Assembly: GCA_964505425.1 (NCBI GenBank) | Contig: CAZDHX010000001.1 | Coordinates: 55,452-118,801, forward strand | Length of the DNA: 63,350 nt | Direction: 5' to 3' | Origin: an uncultured Dehalococcoidales bacterium | GTDB lineage: Bacteria; Chloroflexota; Dehalococcoidia; Dehalococcoidales; BS750m-G39 | Part shown: positions 9,291-18,414 of the stretch, one piece after another | How the letters are laid out: every line of letters starts with the position of its first letter | How positions within the stretch are numbered: the stretch's first letter is position 1 | Notes under the pieces: generated by a model | The model's database searches: none | What the model saw: only the letters and a program-made list of their open reading frames with translations | What the model was told of the DNA's origin: nothing | Program-made: the position numbers and the translations under genes

Positions 9291-10406
9291 CTTCATCTCC
9301 TGAGCCACCACCTCGCGGTAGAAATCGGCGTCACCGAAGGAGACCTCAGCCGCCTTAGCCCGCCGGGTGTAGTATTGTAAGTCGTGGTCTATGGTCACGC
9401 CGATGGCGCCGTGGATCTGGTGGGCTAAAGCCATTACCCGCTGGCAGGCTTCACCCGCCCACGCCTTGGCGATGGCTATTTCTTTGGTGGCGGGGAGACC
9501 CTCGCTCAGCATCCAGGCAGCTTGATAGGTAGAAAGCCTGGTGCCGTCAACATCGGTGGCCATATCGACGCAGTAGTGCTGGATAACCTGAAAGCTGCCG
9601 ATGGGGCGGCCATACTGCTTTCTTTCCTTGGCGTAACTGACCGTCATGTCCAGCGCCTCCTGGATACAGCCTACCATCTCACAGCACTTTGCCACCGCGG
9701 CTCGCTGGATTATCTTTTGCACCTCTTGCCACCCCTGGTCCAGCTCACCCAGGATATTTTCTTTAGGGACTTTAACTTCCTTAAAGACCACCTGGCACAG
9801 CTTGTCGTTGGCGATGGTGTTGAGCACGGTGGAGCTTATCCCCGCACTTTTAGCATCGACGATAAATATAGTTATTCCCTTATCGGTCCTGGCTACCACC
9901 AGCATGTAATCAGCAACATTAGCATCGGGGACAAAGAGTTTTGTCCCGTTTATAACATAGCCATCACTATCGGCGGTAGCCTTGGTCTTGATGGCGTCGG
10001 CGTCATAGCTGGCGCTAGCTTCGGTCAGGGCGAGGGTGAAGATTATCTCACCGCTGGTTATTTTGGGTAAATACGCCTGTTTCTGCTCCTCGCTGCCGAC
10101 ATCGGCGATGGCTAGCCCGCCGAGGATGACGGTGGAGAAGTAGGGACCGGGCAGGCAAGCCCGCCCCATTTCCTCGAGCAGAACTGCCAGGTCAAGGAAG
10201 CTCATGCCGCTGCCGCCGTACTTTTCGGGGAATGCCAGCCCCATCCAGCCCAGCCCCGCCATTTCCTGCCACAGCTCCGGTGAGTAGCCGGCTTCGCTCT
10301 GTTCAATTTCCTTGACCACCGTCTTGGGGAATTTATCGGTAAGAAAATCGCGAGCCATTTTCTTTAGCATTTCTTGTTCTTCAGAGAGAGCCAGATTCAT
10401 TATCAT
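9285..10406 (-). CDS. Acyl-CoA dehydrogenase family protein, beta-type partner of a split ACAD pair
   Basis: ACAD fold (LALTE, INGTKLFV, RKQYGRPIGSFQVIQH, QIHGAIG). No IYEGT-type catalytic loop. Downstream of a second ACAD gene. Confidence 0.85.
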   Translation of the reverse strand: MIMNLALSEEQEMLKKMARDFLTDKFPKTVVKEIEQSEAGYSPELWQEMAGLGWMGLAFPEKYGGSGMSFLDLAVLLEEMGRACLPGPYFSTVILGGLAIADVGSEEQKQAYLPKITSGEIIFTLALTEASASYDADAIKTKATADSDGYVINGTKLFVPDANVADYMLVVARTDKGITIFIVDAKSAGISSTVLNTIANDKLCQVVFKEVKVPKENILGELDQGWQEVQKIIQRAAVAKCCEMVGCIQEALDMTVSYAKERKQYGRPIGSFQVIQHYCVDMATDVDGTRLSTYQAAWMLSEGLPATKEIAIAKAWAGEACQRVMALAHQIHGAIGVTIDHDLQYYTRRAKAAEVSFGDADFYREVVAQEMKL

Positions 10407-10435
10407 GCCTCCTAGTTATCTACGTTATCTACTGG

Positions 10436-11608
10436 TTATTCGCTGGGTAATTCCAGCTTTCTTAAAGCCAGGATGTTCTTCAGCACCTCGGTGGTGCCAG
10501 CCTGAAGGCTATAGCCCTTTGATGACAGGTATGAGTGATAAGCCATGCCCTGCATCGGCGCCAGTTTGGACTGGGGTGATAGCTGTCCGTAGAGCCCCAG
10601 AATCTCTATCGCGGTGGCAGCTAGGCGCTGCTCAAAGGCAGTGCCGTATGCCTTGCTCATGGATGATTCCCAGTTTGGCGCCCGCCCCTCATCCATGACC
10701 GTCGCCACGCGGTACATATGCAGCCGCCCGATTTCAAATTCAATCTGGAGCTGAGCCAGCTTGGGTCGAATAGTCGGGTCTTCGGATAGGGGCTTGCCCT
10801 TTCTCTTGGTCTCCCTGGTGTATTTGATGAGGGTGTCAAAGAGGGGGTAGTTAGCCATCAGGCGCTCCATGCCGCTCCTCTCGTAGTCAAGCTGGTTCAG
10901 AATCTGATAAAAGCCCTTGTTTTTCTCCCCGATGAGGCTTTTCTTGGGGATGCGCACGTTTTCAAAGAAGACCTCGTTGAAGTGCACCCCACCGGTGATA
11001 TCGGCGATGGGCTGTACATCAACCCCGGGCAGGCTGGTCTCGAAAAAGAACTCGCTGATGCCCCGGTGCTTGGGGGCATCGGGGTCAGTCCTGGCGACCA
11101 GGTAAATCCAGTTCATGTGGCTGCCGCCGCTGGTCCATGTCTTCTGCCCGTCGATTATATAGTCGTCGCCGTCCTCAACGGCTCGGGTCTTAAGTGAGGC
11201 GAGGTCGCTGCCGGCGTCGGGCTCGCTCATGCCCAAGCCGACATAAGCTTCGCCCTTTAGTATCATAGGCAGCAGCTCTTTTTTCTGCTCCTCGGTCCCG
11301 TAGTGGACGATGGCGCCGCCAATCTGTCGGTCGGCGAACCAGTGGCAGGCGGCTGGTGCCCCGTAGCGGAGCATCTCTTCGGTCAGGATGAGCCGGTCAA
11401 TAAATGACCGCCCCTGCCCTCCAAGCTCCTTGGGCCAGGTGAGCCCAATCCAGCCCTGTTTTGCCACCCGCTTGCTGAACTCCGGGTTATGCCCCATTAT
11501 CCAGGCATCGCAGGTGGGCTGCCATAGTCCTTGCCTTATCTCCTCTTCCAGAAACTTACGAACCTCAAGTCTGAACTTCTCCTGCTCATCAGTTAATCTA
11601 AAGTCCAC
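10436..11608 (-). CDS. Acyl-CoA dehydrogenase, alpha-type subunit of a split ACAD pair
   Basis: LGMSEPDAGSDLASL, DGQKTWTS, FNEVFF, LDYER, LQAGTTEV. Confidence 0.9.
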   Translation of the reverse strand: MDFRLTDEQEKFRLEVRKFLEEEIRQGLWQPTCDAWIMGHNPEFSKRVAKQGWIGLTWPKELGGQGRSFIDRLILTEEMLRYGAPAACHWFADRQIGGAIVHYGTEEQKKELLPMILKGEAYVGLGMSEPDAGSDLASLKTRAVEDGDDYIIDGQKTWTSGGSHMNWIYLVARTDPDAPKHRGISEFFFETSLPGVDVQPIADITGGVHFNEVFFENVRIPKKSLIGEKNKGFYQILNQLDYERSGMERLMANYPLFDTLIKYTRETKRKGKPLSEDPTIRPKLAQLQIEFEIGRLHMYRVATVMDEGRAPNWESSMSKAYGTAFEQRLAATAIEILGLYGQLSPQSKLAPMQGMAYHSYLSSKGYSLQAGTTEVLKNILALRKLELPSE

Positions 11609-11663
11609 GCTTACTCTCTCCTTCTAATCGTTGGTCTGAGTCTCTAGTCTGGTGGTCTGAAGC

Positions 11664-11912
11664 CTAGGTGGTGTGTAGGGCGAGACAGGTCACAGTCCGG
11701 GAAATGCCGGGAATGGGGTGGATTTTTCCGGTGACCAGGTCACCAATATCGTTTAGAGTGGCTCCCTCCATTATGGCGATGATGTCATAGGGGCCGGTTA
11801 CAATGTCAACCGATTTTATCCCTTTCAACCTTTCCAGGGCGGCGGCTACTTCCTTGTTTTTGCCCACCTCTGTCTCAATCAGGACAAACGCTCTAGCTGC
11901 CATTAAACTCAC
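11664..11912 (-). CDS. Stand-alone Lrp/AsnC ligand-binding-domain protein
   Basis: AFVLIETEVG...VTGPYDIIA...IPGISRTVT. No HTH. Confidence 0.85.
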   Translation of the reverse strand: MSLMAARAFVLIETEVGKNKEVAAALERLKGIKSVDIVTGPYDIIAIMEGATLNDIGDLVTGKIHPIPGISRTVTCLALHTT

Positions 11913-12037
11913 TCCTCTATATCAGCTTAAAGGATTGTAATACTGAGCTTGCTCTACTGTCAAGGTCATCGCCTTGCAGTGAGTGTTTGGCTTGGCTTAT
12001 AATGAGCTACCTTGTAGCGAAATTCAAGGAGGACGAG

Positions 12038-13195
12038 TTGGAATACTTTTTAACCGAGCAGCAGAAGGAAATTAGGAAGCTGACGCGAACCATAGCTGAG
12101 GAGCAGGTATTGCCAGTGCGGGCAGCGCTTGATGAGAAGGAAGAGTTTCCCCTGGAGATTATGAAAATCCTCGCTGACGCTGGCTTGTTCGGTGTCTATA
12201 TCCCTGAGGAGTACGGTGGTCTGGGGGGTGGCATTTTTGAGCTCTGCCTGGTGGTGGAGGAGCTGAGCCGCGTGTGTAGTGGCGTGGCCGTTAGTTATGC
12301 CGCCAGCGGGCTGGGGACGTTGACCCTTTTACAGTTCGGCAGCGACGAGCAGAAACGCCGGTTCCTGCCTGATATCGCTGCTGGCAGGAGAATGGCTGCC
12401 TTCGGCTTAACCGAGGAGGGTGCCGGTAGCGATGCCGGTGGCATAAAGACGACGGCCCAGCGCACCGATAAGGGTTATATCCTTAACGGGACGAAACAGT
12501 TTATTACCAACGGCGGTGACGCTGAGGTATATACTATTATCGCCTTAACCGATAAGGAGAGGGGACCTCGCGGTGCCAGCGCTTTTCTGGTGGAGAAGGA
12601 CACGCCCGGCTTCACCTTCGGCAGGAAGGAGAAGAAGCTGGGCATCCGTGCTTCTTCAACCAGGGAGCTCGTTTTTGAGGATTGCCTCGTCCCCGCCGAG
12701 AATATAATCAGTCGGGAGGGGATGGGTTTTATTATGACCATGAAGCTGCTGGACTACTCCCGCCCCGGCTTGGGCGCCCAGGCGCTGGGGTTGGCTCAGG
12801 GGGCTCTGGAGGCGGCGGTGGACTATGCCAAGCAGCGTGTTCAATTTGGGCACCCCATTTTTGCCCAGCAGGCTGTCCAGCACCTGCTGGCGAATATGGC
12901 CATTCGGGTAGAGGCGGCTCGGGGGCTGGTCTATGCCGTCGCCAAGACGATAGATAGCGGCGCCAGGGATTTCACCAGAGATTCGGCGATGGCTAAGGTC
13001 TTTGCCTCAGACACGGCGATGAGGGTTACCACCGATGCCATGCAGGTCTTTGGCGGCGTCGGTTATATGCGGGATTATCCCATTGAGAAGATGTTCCGGG
13101 ACGCCAAGATTACCCAGATATACGAGGGTACCAATCAGGTGCTGAGGAATGAGATTGCCTTTGAGTTGAGGAAGCAGAAGTGGGTGCTGAAATAA
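12038..13195 (+). CDS. Acyl-CoA dehydrogenase (butyryl-CoA dehydrogenase-like)
   Basis: FGLTEEGAGSDAG, NGTKQFITNG, KLGIRASST, QIYEGTNQV with the catalytic Glu. TTG 12038 follows AGGAGG. Confidence 0.92.
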   Translation: MEYFLTEQQKEIRKLTRTIAEEQVLPVRAALDEKEEFPLEIMKILADAGLFGVYIPEEYGGLGGGIFELCLVVEELSRVCSGVAVSYAASGLGTLTLLQFGSDEQKRRFLPDIAAGRRMAAFGLTEEGAGSDAGGIKTTAQRTDKGYILNGTKQFITNGGDAEVYTIIALTDKERGPRGASAFLVEKDTPGFTFGRKEKKLGIRASSTRELVFEDCLVPAENIISREGMGFIMTMKLLDYSRPGLGAQALGLAQGALEAAVDYAKQRVQFGHPIFAQQAVQHLLANMAIRVEAARGLVYAVAKTIDSGARDFTRDSAMAKVFASDTAMRVTTDAMQVFGGVGYMRDYPIEKMFRDAKITQIYEGTNQVLRNEIAFELRKQKWVLK

Positions 13196-13277
13196 TTGAA
13201 GCTGACCAAGCTTGACAGTGATGACGAGGCTTGGCTTATAATAGGGGGCTTATCTTTGGGGGTGGAGGTGGGAAATA

Positions 13278-13781
13278 ATGCAGGTAAATGTAGCTCAGCT
13301 ACTTAAAGGAGATATCGGCTCGGTGCGGGACTATGAGGTGGATGGGGTTATTGATGTTACCGAGAACGGCAAGAGCAGCCCGGTTCGGGGCAAGCTCAGT
13401 TTGACCCGCACCGACCGTAGCATCTTGGCAAAGGGGGTAGTAGATTCTGAGGTTGAGCTTACCTGTAGCCGGTGCTTGAACCAGTTTCATTTCCCGCTAA
13501 CCCTGAATATTGAAGAGGAGTATTTCCCGACTACAGATATAATGAGTGGTGCTTCCCTGCCCACCTCTGATGAGCCTGACCGGTTCACTATTGATGAGCA
13601 CCATGTTCTGGATTTGACCGAGGCGCTGCGCCAGTGCGCTGTGCTGGCTATCCCGATGAAGCCCCTCTGCCGTGAAGACTGCGCCGGGTTATGTCCTAAT
13701 TGTGGTCACAATCTTAACCTGGGACCTTGCAGTTGTCCGCCGCAGGGAGCGGACTCTGCCGATAAGGAGAAAGGAAAATAA
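13278..13781 (+). CDS. DUF177/YceD family protein
   Basis: CSRCL and PMKPLCREDCAGLCPNCG; directly upstream of rpmF. Confidence 0.92.
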   Translation: MQVNVAQLLKGDIGSVRDYEVDGVIDVTENGKSSPVRGKLSLTRTDRSILAKGVVDSEVELTCSRCLNQFHFPLTLNIEEEYFPTTDIMSGASLPTSDEPDRFTIDEHHVLDLTEALRQCAVLAIPMKPLCREDCAGLCPNCGHNLNLGPCSCPPQGADSADKEKGK

Positions 13782-13784
13782 GCC

Positions 13785-13985
13785 GTGGGAGCTTTACCAA
13801 AGCGAAAATATGCCAAGGCGCGTCAGGGTAAGAGACGCCGCCATCTTGGTTTAGCGTCACCTCGTTTGGACTATTGCCCTCAGTGCCATAGTCCCAGGCT
13901 GCCTCATCATGTCTGTCCCGTCTGTGGGAGCTATGCTGGCAGGGAGGTCATCGAGGTCAAGAGCCCCAAAAAGAAGACCGAGTGA
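13785..13985 (+). CDS. rpmF: 50S ribosomal protein L32, Zn-binding (C+) form
   Basis: ALPKRK, CPQC...PHHVCPVCGSY. Confidence 0.95.
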   Translation: MGALPKRKYAKARQGKRRRHLGLASPRLDYCPQCHSPRLPHHVCPVCGSYAGREVIEVKSPKKKTE

Positions 13986-13991
13986 TGACCG

Positions 13992-14921
13992 ATGGCTGAA
14001 ACAATGAAGACAGCCTACGTCTTTCCCGGGCAGGGCGCTCAGTGGGTGGGGATGGGGCGTGACCTGTACCAGAATTTTGATTCGGCTAAAGCCGTCTTTG
14101 AGCAGGCTGACGAGGCGTTGAGCTTTCCCCTCTCTAAGCTGTGCTTTGACGGTCCGGAGGACGAGCTCCTCCAGACGGTAAACGCCCAGCCAGCGATAGT
14201 AACCGTTAGCTTCGCCTGCCTGGAGGCGATGCGGGGTGTGAGCGGGCTTGAGCCCGCCTTTGTTGCCGGGCACAGTCTGGGAGAATATACCGCGCTGGCG
14301 GCGGCGGGGGTGCTTGATTTCGCCACCACCGTCTATCTTGCCAGGGAGAGGGGGAGGCTGATGCATGAGGCGGGGCAGATAACGCCCGGCGGCATGGCGG
14401 CCGTAATCGGGCTTGATGAGCCAGCACTGGCTGAGGTCTGTTCCGAGACTGGCGCTTGCGTTGCTAATATCAACTGTCCTGGTCAGATAGTAATCAGCGG
14501 GGCTGAGGACAAGTTAGCCAAGGCCATGGATTCGGTTAAGGTGAGGGGGGCGCACCGCGTCATCCCTTTGCAGGTAAGCGGCGCCTTTCATACCCCCCTG
14601 ATGCAGCCGGCGGTTGACGGCATGGCTGAGATTATAGCCAAGCTTTCCTTTAATAAACCAGCCGTCCCCATTATCGGTAATACCACCGCCCAGCCGCTGA
14701 CCACGGCTGAGCTGGTCAAGGAGGAACTCCTCCGGCAGCTGTGCAATTGCGTCCAGTGGCAGCGTTCTGTTGAATATATGCTCGGCGATGGGGTATCCTC
14801 TTTTGTTGAGATTGGGCCGGGGAGAGTGCTGGCTGGTCTGATTAAGCGGATTGACAGGGATGTTAATATAGTTAATATCGGCGATGCCGAAGCGGTCGAG
14901 AATATAGGGGTTAAAAAATGA
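13992..14921 (+). CDS. fabD: Malonyl-CoA:ACP transacylase
   Basis: FPGQGAQ, GHSLGE, N.PGQIVISG, VSGAFH. Confidence 0.95.
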   Translation: MAETMKTAYVFPGQGAQWVGMGRDLYQNFDSAKAVFEQADEALSFPLSKLCFDGPEDELLQTVNAQPAIVTVSFACLEAMRGVSGLEPAFVAGHSLGEYTALAAAGVLDFATTVYLARERGRLMHEAGQITPGGMAAVIGLDEPALAEVCSETGACVANINCPGQIVISGAEDKLAKAMDSVKVRGAHRVIPLQVSGAFHTPLMQPAVDGMAEIIAKLSFNKPAVPIIGNTTAQPLTTAELVKEELLRQLCNCVQWQRSVEYMLGDGVSSFVEIGPGRVLAGLIKRIDRDVNIVNIGDAEAVENIGVKK

Positions 14922-15649
14922 ACCTTTCTGATAAAGTGGCTATCGTTACCGGTGGTGGGCGGGGGATAGGGAAGGCGATTGTCCTCAGGCTGGCTGAAGC
15001 CGGGGCTAATATTGTCGTCAATGACGTTGAGCCGGTTGACGCCGTAGTCGGGGAGATCGAGGCTATGGGCAGGCAGGCCTTGCCGGTTTTAGCCGATGTC
15101 AGCTCGGCGGCAGACGTCGATAAAATGGTGACGGAGGCTATTACCGCCTACGGGCGGATTGATATTCTGGTGAATAATGCCGGCATTGCCCGAGACCAGC
15201 TTCTGCTGCGGATGACGGAGGAGGAGTGGGACAGCGTGCTCGCCGTTGACCTGAAGAGCGTTTTTCTCTGCACCAGAGCCGTGCTAAAGCATATGGTCAA
15301 ACAGCGCAGGGGCAGGATTATCAGCATTTCCAGTATTACTGGCATCGTGGGCAACCCGGGGCAGGCTAACTATGCCGCCGCCAAGGCGGGTATTATTGGC
15401 TTTACCCGGACGATTGCCAGGGAGGTAGCCTCCCGCGGTATAACGGTCAATGCTATTGCCCCCGGCTTTATTGAGACTGAGATGACCAAGGGGTTGAAGA
15501 CGGAGTGGAGAGAGGAGCTTAAAAAGCGGATTCCCCTTGGTTGCTTTGGCACCCCCCGCGATGTGGCGGAGGCGGTCGCCTTTCTTGCTTCTGATGCGGC
15601 AGGCTATATCACCGGGCAGGTCTTGGGTGTGGACGGGGGTATGACATAG
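14918..15649 (+). CDS. fabG: 3-oxoacyl-ACP reductase
   Basis: TGGGRGIG, NNAGIARD, NYAAAK, VNAIAPGFI; follows fabD. Confidence 0.93.
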   Translation: MNLSDKVAIVTGGGRGIGKAIVLRLAEAGANIVVNDVEPVDAVVGEIEAMGRQALPVLADVSSAADVDKMVTEAITAYGRIDILVNNAGIARDQLLLRMTEEEWDSVLAVDLKSVFLCTRAVLKHMVKQRRGRIISISSITGIVGNPGQANYAAAKAGIIGFTRTIAREVASRGITVNAIAPGFIETEMTKGLKTEWREELKKRIPLGCFGTPRDVAEAVAFLASDAAGYITGQVLGVDGGMT

Positions 15650-15704
15650 CCTGGAATTTAGCGGTTGAAATGCTATAATGTTAGCTCAGGTTGGGTGATG
15701 CTCT

Positions 15705-16112
15705 ATGGGAGTACGGCACAAGGCGAGGGCGATAGCCCTGCAGGCATTATACGAGGTCAACTCGGTGGGGCATGACGTGGAGAAGGTCTTGCCCCGCCTT
15801 CTGGAGGAGAGCGGGCTGTCCGAGGAGAACGCTGCCTTCGCCCGAGGGCTGGTGGGGGGCGTTATTAAGAACAAGAAGGAGATTGACCAGCATATTGAGA
15901 ACTTTGCCCCGGCCTGGCCGGTGGAGCAGATACCAACCGTGGATAGGAATATTTTGAGGCTTGCAATATTTGAGATTTTGCTTGATAATAGTGTCCCAGT
16001 TAAGGTAGCCATAAATGAGGCGGTCGAGTTAGCCAAGACGTTTGGCAGCGATAGCTCGCCAAGGTTTGTTAACGGAGTCCTTGGTTCAGTTAGTGCCCTT
16101 GCTAGTCGGTAG
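15705..16112 (+). CDS. nusB: Transcription antitermination factor NusB
   Basis: [42 protein letters not shown]. Confidence 0.96.
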   Translation: MGVRHKARAIALQALYEVNSVGHDVEKVLPRLLEESGLSEENAAFARGLVGGVIKNKKEIDQHIENFAPAWPVEQIPTVDRNILRLAIFEILLDNSVPVKVAINEAVELAKTFGSDSSPRFVNGVLGSVSALASR

Positions 16113-16130
16113 AAAAGAGGGAGGTAAATA

Positions 16131-16391
16131 ATGCCCAGAGTTTTTGAGCGGATAAAGAAGATAGTTGTTGAACAGCTCGGCGTGGATGAAGCCGAGGTGA
16201 CGCCGTCGTCCAACTTTGTTGACGATTTAGGCGCCGACTCTCTGGATTTGGTCGAGCTGATTATGGCTCTGGAGGAAGAGTTCAGTAAATCAGGCCAGAA
16301 GATGGAGATACCGGATGAGGATGCGGAGAAGATACAGACTATTCAGGATGCCATTGATTATATTAAGGACCGCGGCATTGAGGATGGTTAA
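16131..16391 (+). CDS. acpP: Acyl carrier protein
   Basis: [20 protein letters not shown] phosphopantetheine site. Confidence 0.97.
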   Translation: MPRVFERIKKIVVEQLGVDEAEVTPSSNFVDDLGADSLDLVELIMALEEEFSKSGQKMEIPDEDAEKIQTIQDAIDYIKDRGIEDG

Positions 16392-16416
16392 ATAAATTAG
16401 CCCCGTTGCGCTAAGG

Positions 16417-17334
16417 TCAGGACTTTAGATGCCTGATTGCCCTTTCTCTGCCAACTAGGAAAAACGGGGGGCTGTGCACTTTCGTTTTATGCGTTCCAAG
16501 GTCCAGGCTCTGTTTGTTATTGTAGAAGAGCGAGAGGCGAAGCTCGTAGTCGGCATACTTTAGCTCCCCGTATCCCGATAGCTGACCAATAATGATGATG
16601 AACCTGCCAGTTTGACCTGCCTCTATCGCCTGGGATAGGTTGACGCTCTTTTTGGCTCCCGGCTCGTGGGGATTGAGTAGTACGTTATATTCCCATGCCA
16701 TCGGGGGAGTGTGGTAGGTGGTGGAGTCGTAGGTGATGCGGACTGCCCTGACATCTATCTCCAGCCATTTCAGGGGGATAGCCTCGTTGCTGCTGTTTCT
16801 AAGCTTTACGTCCATGATGGGGAAGACGCCCTTCTTGCGAGGCGGTCCCTCGCTCTCAGGAAGCCACTCTTTTCTGAACTTTACAATAGCCGCCGGGTCA
16901 TCAATTAGGGCTACCTTAACCACCTCTAACGGTTCGTTTAGGGTAACCGGCTTTTCTCTGACGCGTTGGCTGGCGGCGGCGGCGGGTCGGTTACTCCAGT
17001 ACATCTGGGCTGGTTTCAGCGGCTCGGCCAGGGTGGGCCGGGCTAGCTTTTTTCGGGTACGCCGGCTGGCAACTATATCGAGCCAGTCGTCTCGGTAGAG
17101 CTTGACCTGGTTAGCGTCGAGCTTGCGGTAGAACCCTCCGTAGATCATGGTCTGCATGTGGCACTCAAGGCAGAGGACAGCCAGGTTGTCAATGTTGTTG
17201 TTGGCGGGGTTGCTGTCGATGTGGTGAATCTGGACGGGCTTTCCCTGCCGGCGGCAGACGCAGCAGGTGCGGTTGGAGAGGAATTGTATCTTGGCGGCGA
17301 CATCGGGGGGGATAATGGACGTTCTTCTCTTCAT
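16417..17334 (-). CDS. N-terminal HNH/zinc-finger endonuclease-signature protein with an unknown C-terminal domain
   Basis: CCVC...IHHID.NPANN.IDNL.VLCLECH. TATAAT promoter upstream. Convergent with acpP. Confidence 0.75.
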   Translation of the reverse strand: MKRRTSIIPPDVAAKIQFLSNRTCCVCRRQGKPVQIHHIDSNPANNNIDNLAVLCLECHMQTMIYGGFYRKLDANQVKLYRDDWLDIVASRRTRKKLARPTLAEPLKPAQMYWSNRPAAAASQRVREKPVTLNEPLEVVKVALIDDPAAIVKFRKEWLPESEGPPRKKGVFPIMDVKLRNSSNEAIPLKWLEIDVRAVRITYDSTTYHTPPMAWEYNVLLNPHEPGAKKSVNLSQAIEAGQTGRFIIIIGQLSGYGELKYADYELRLSLFYNNKQSLDLGTHKTKVHSPPFFLVGRERAIRHLKS

Positions 17335-17542
17335 GGTGCCACCGCCTATGTTAAGTTAATATGTTGAGTTAGTTGGATTTTCGGGAGACAAAGTCATTAT
17401 AGCTCTAAGCAGTTGCTAAAACAATAGTTTTTTGAGAACTTGGGGAAATTTTTTTGCCAAGTGGGGAAGAAATCTTTTACCTTATTGTTGACCTCCCCCC
17501 CCTCTTAGACTGCCTTAAACTTGAAACTGTTTGGGAGAAGGC

Positions 17543-17571
17543 TTGACAATTGATTGAAACAGATGTACTAT
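17543..17571 (+). promoter_or_regulatory. Strong sigma70 promoter of the AT-rich gene at 17596
   Basis: TTGACA (17543-17548), 17 nt, TACTAT (17566-17571), directly preceded by TG. Confidence 0.75.
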
Positions 17572-17595
17572 TAAGGAAGTGAAGGGTAGTCAAGC

Positions 17596-18396
17596 ATGTT
17601 AAAGGAATGCCACGGAAACCAAAGTCTAAATTATGTAGGAACAATTATTGACATTGAAACTATAGGTGACTTCTGCCGCGGCTACCCTAAAAATGACTCT
17701 AGGGAATATCAAGAGCACAAGTTGGTAATCTTCGGATATATCAACAGACAAGGATTTCATATTTATTGTGCTCAAGGAATTGAAGATATTCCAGAATTGG
17801 AAGAAAAGGCAAGTAAACTTCTAGAAACAATAGACAAAGAAAGACCTCTTTATGCTTTCCAATGTCACCATGAAATGAGCGTACTCCTTTATCGTCTAAA
17901 ATCAAAGACTCTTTTTGACAAGGAATTACAAGCTAGAGAGTATGAACCAAAGGAAGAGGCTCTTAGAAATCTAGGGATTCCCAACAGTTTTGGCGACCCT
18001 TTTCAAAATGAACGGAAGCCAGGTTATGCATGTCAAATAGCTTGGTTGAATAGTCGTTATGATGATGCTATTCAACATAATCGCGCTTGTCTCTTAAAAG
18101 AACAAGCGCTCTTGTTAAAAGGACGTGGAATAACGCCTATACCACTCGATTTCAAAGAAATGGATAGCTCATATATAAGTCCCGATTCATCGCAATCGTT
18201 CCAGCCATGGACAAGAGAACAAAAGAATTATGTTATTAAAGCGTGGAGTGAAGGGAAAACGATAAAATCAATATCACAAGACTGCAAAAGAAAGCCCAGA
18301 GCAATTTGGATGCGCTTACAAAGACTTGGTAAGATACCTTCTGACATTCCTTATACCGTCGAAAAGGAATCTTGGGCATTAAGAGATTTACCTTGA
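17596..18396 (+). CDS. Hypothetical protein: RNase H-like/DEDD exonuclease-like domain plus C-terminal HTH
   Basis: IIDIET (ExoI D-x-E); C-terminal PWTREQK..V..AWSEGKTI..I.....R.PRAI..RL.RLG. AT-rich relative to flanks. Confidence 0.55.
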   Translation: MLKECHGNQSLNYVGTIIDIETIGDFCRGYPKNDSREYQEHKLVIFGYINRQGFHIYCAQGIEDIPELEEKASKLLETIDKERPLYAFQCHHEMSVLLYRLKSKTLFDKELQAREYEPKEEALRNLGIPNSFGDPFQNERKPGYACQIAWLNSRYDDAIQHNRACLLKEQALLLKGRGITPIPLDFKEMDSSYISPDSSQSFQPWTREQKNYVIKAWSEGKTIKSISQDCKRKPRAIWMRLQRLGKIPSDIPYTVEKESWALRDLP

Positions 18397-18414
18397 AGGA
18401 TTATTATTAAGTAG

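Noticed and set aside
11976-13242. Shared GGCTTGGCTTATAAT at the ACAD and DUF177 promoters as a cassette duplication
   Set aside because: Only about 15 nt match, and 6 of them are the -10 consensus; too short to separate from promoter convergence.
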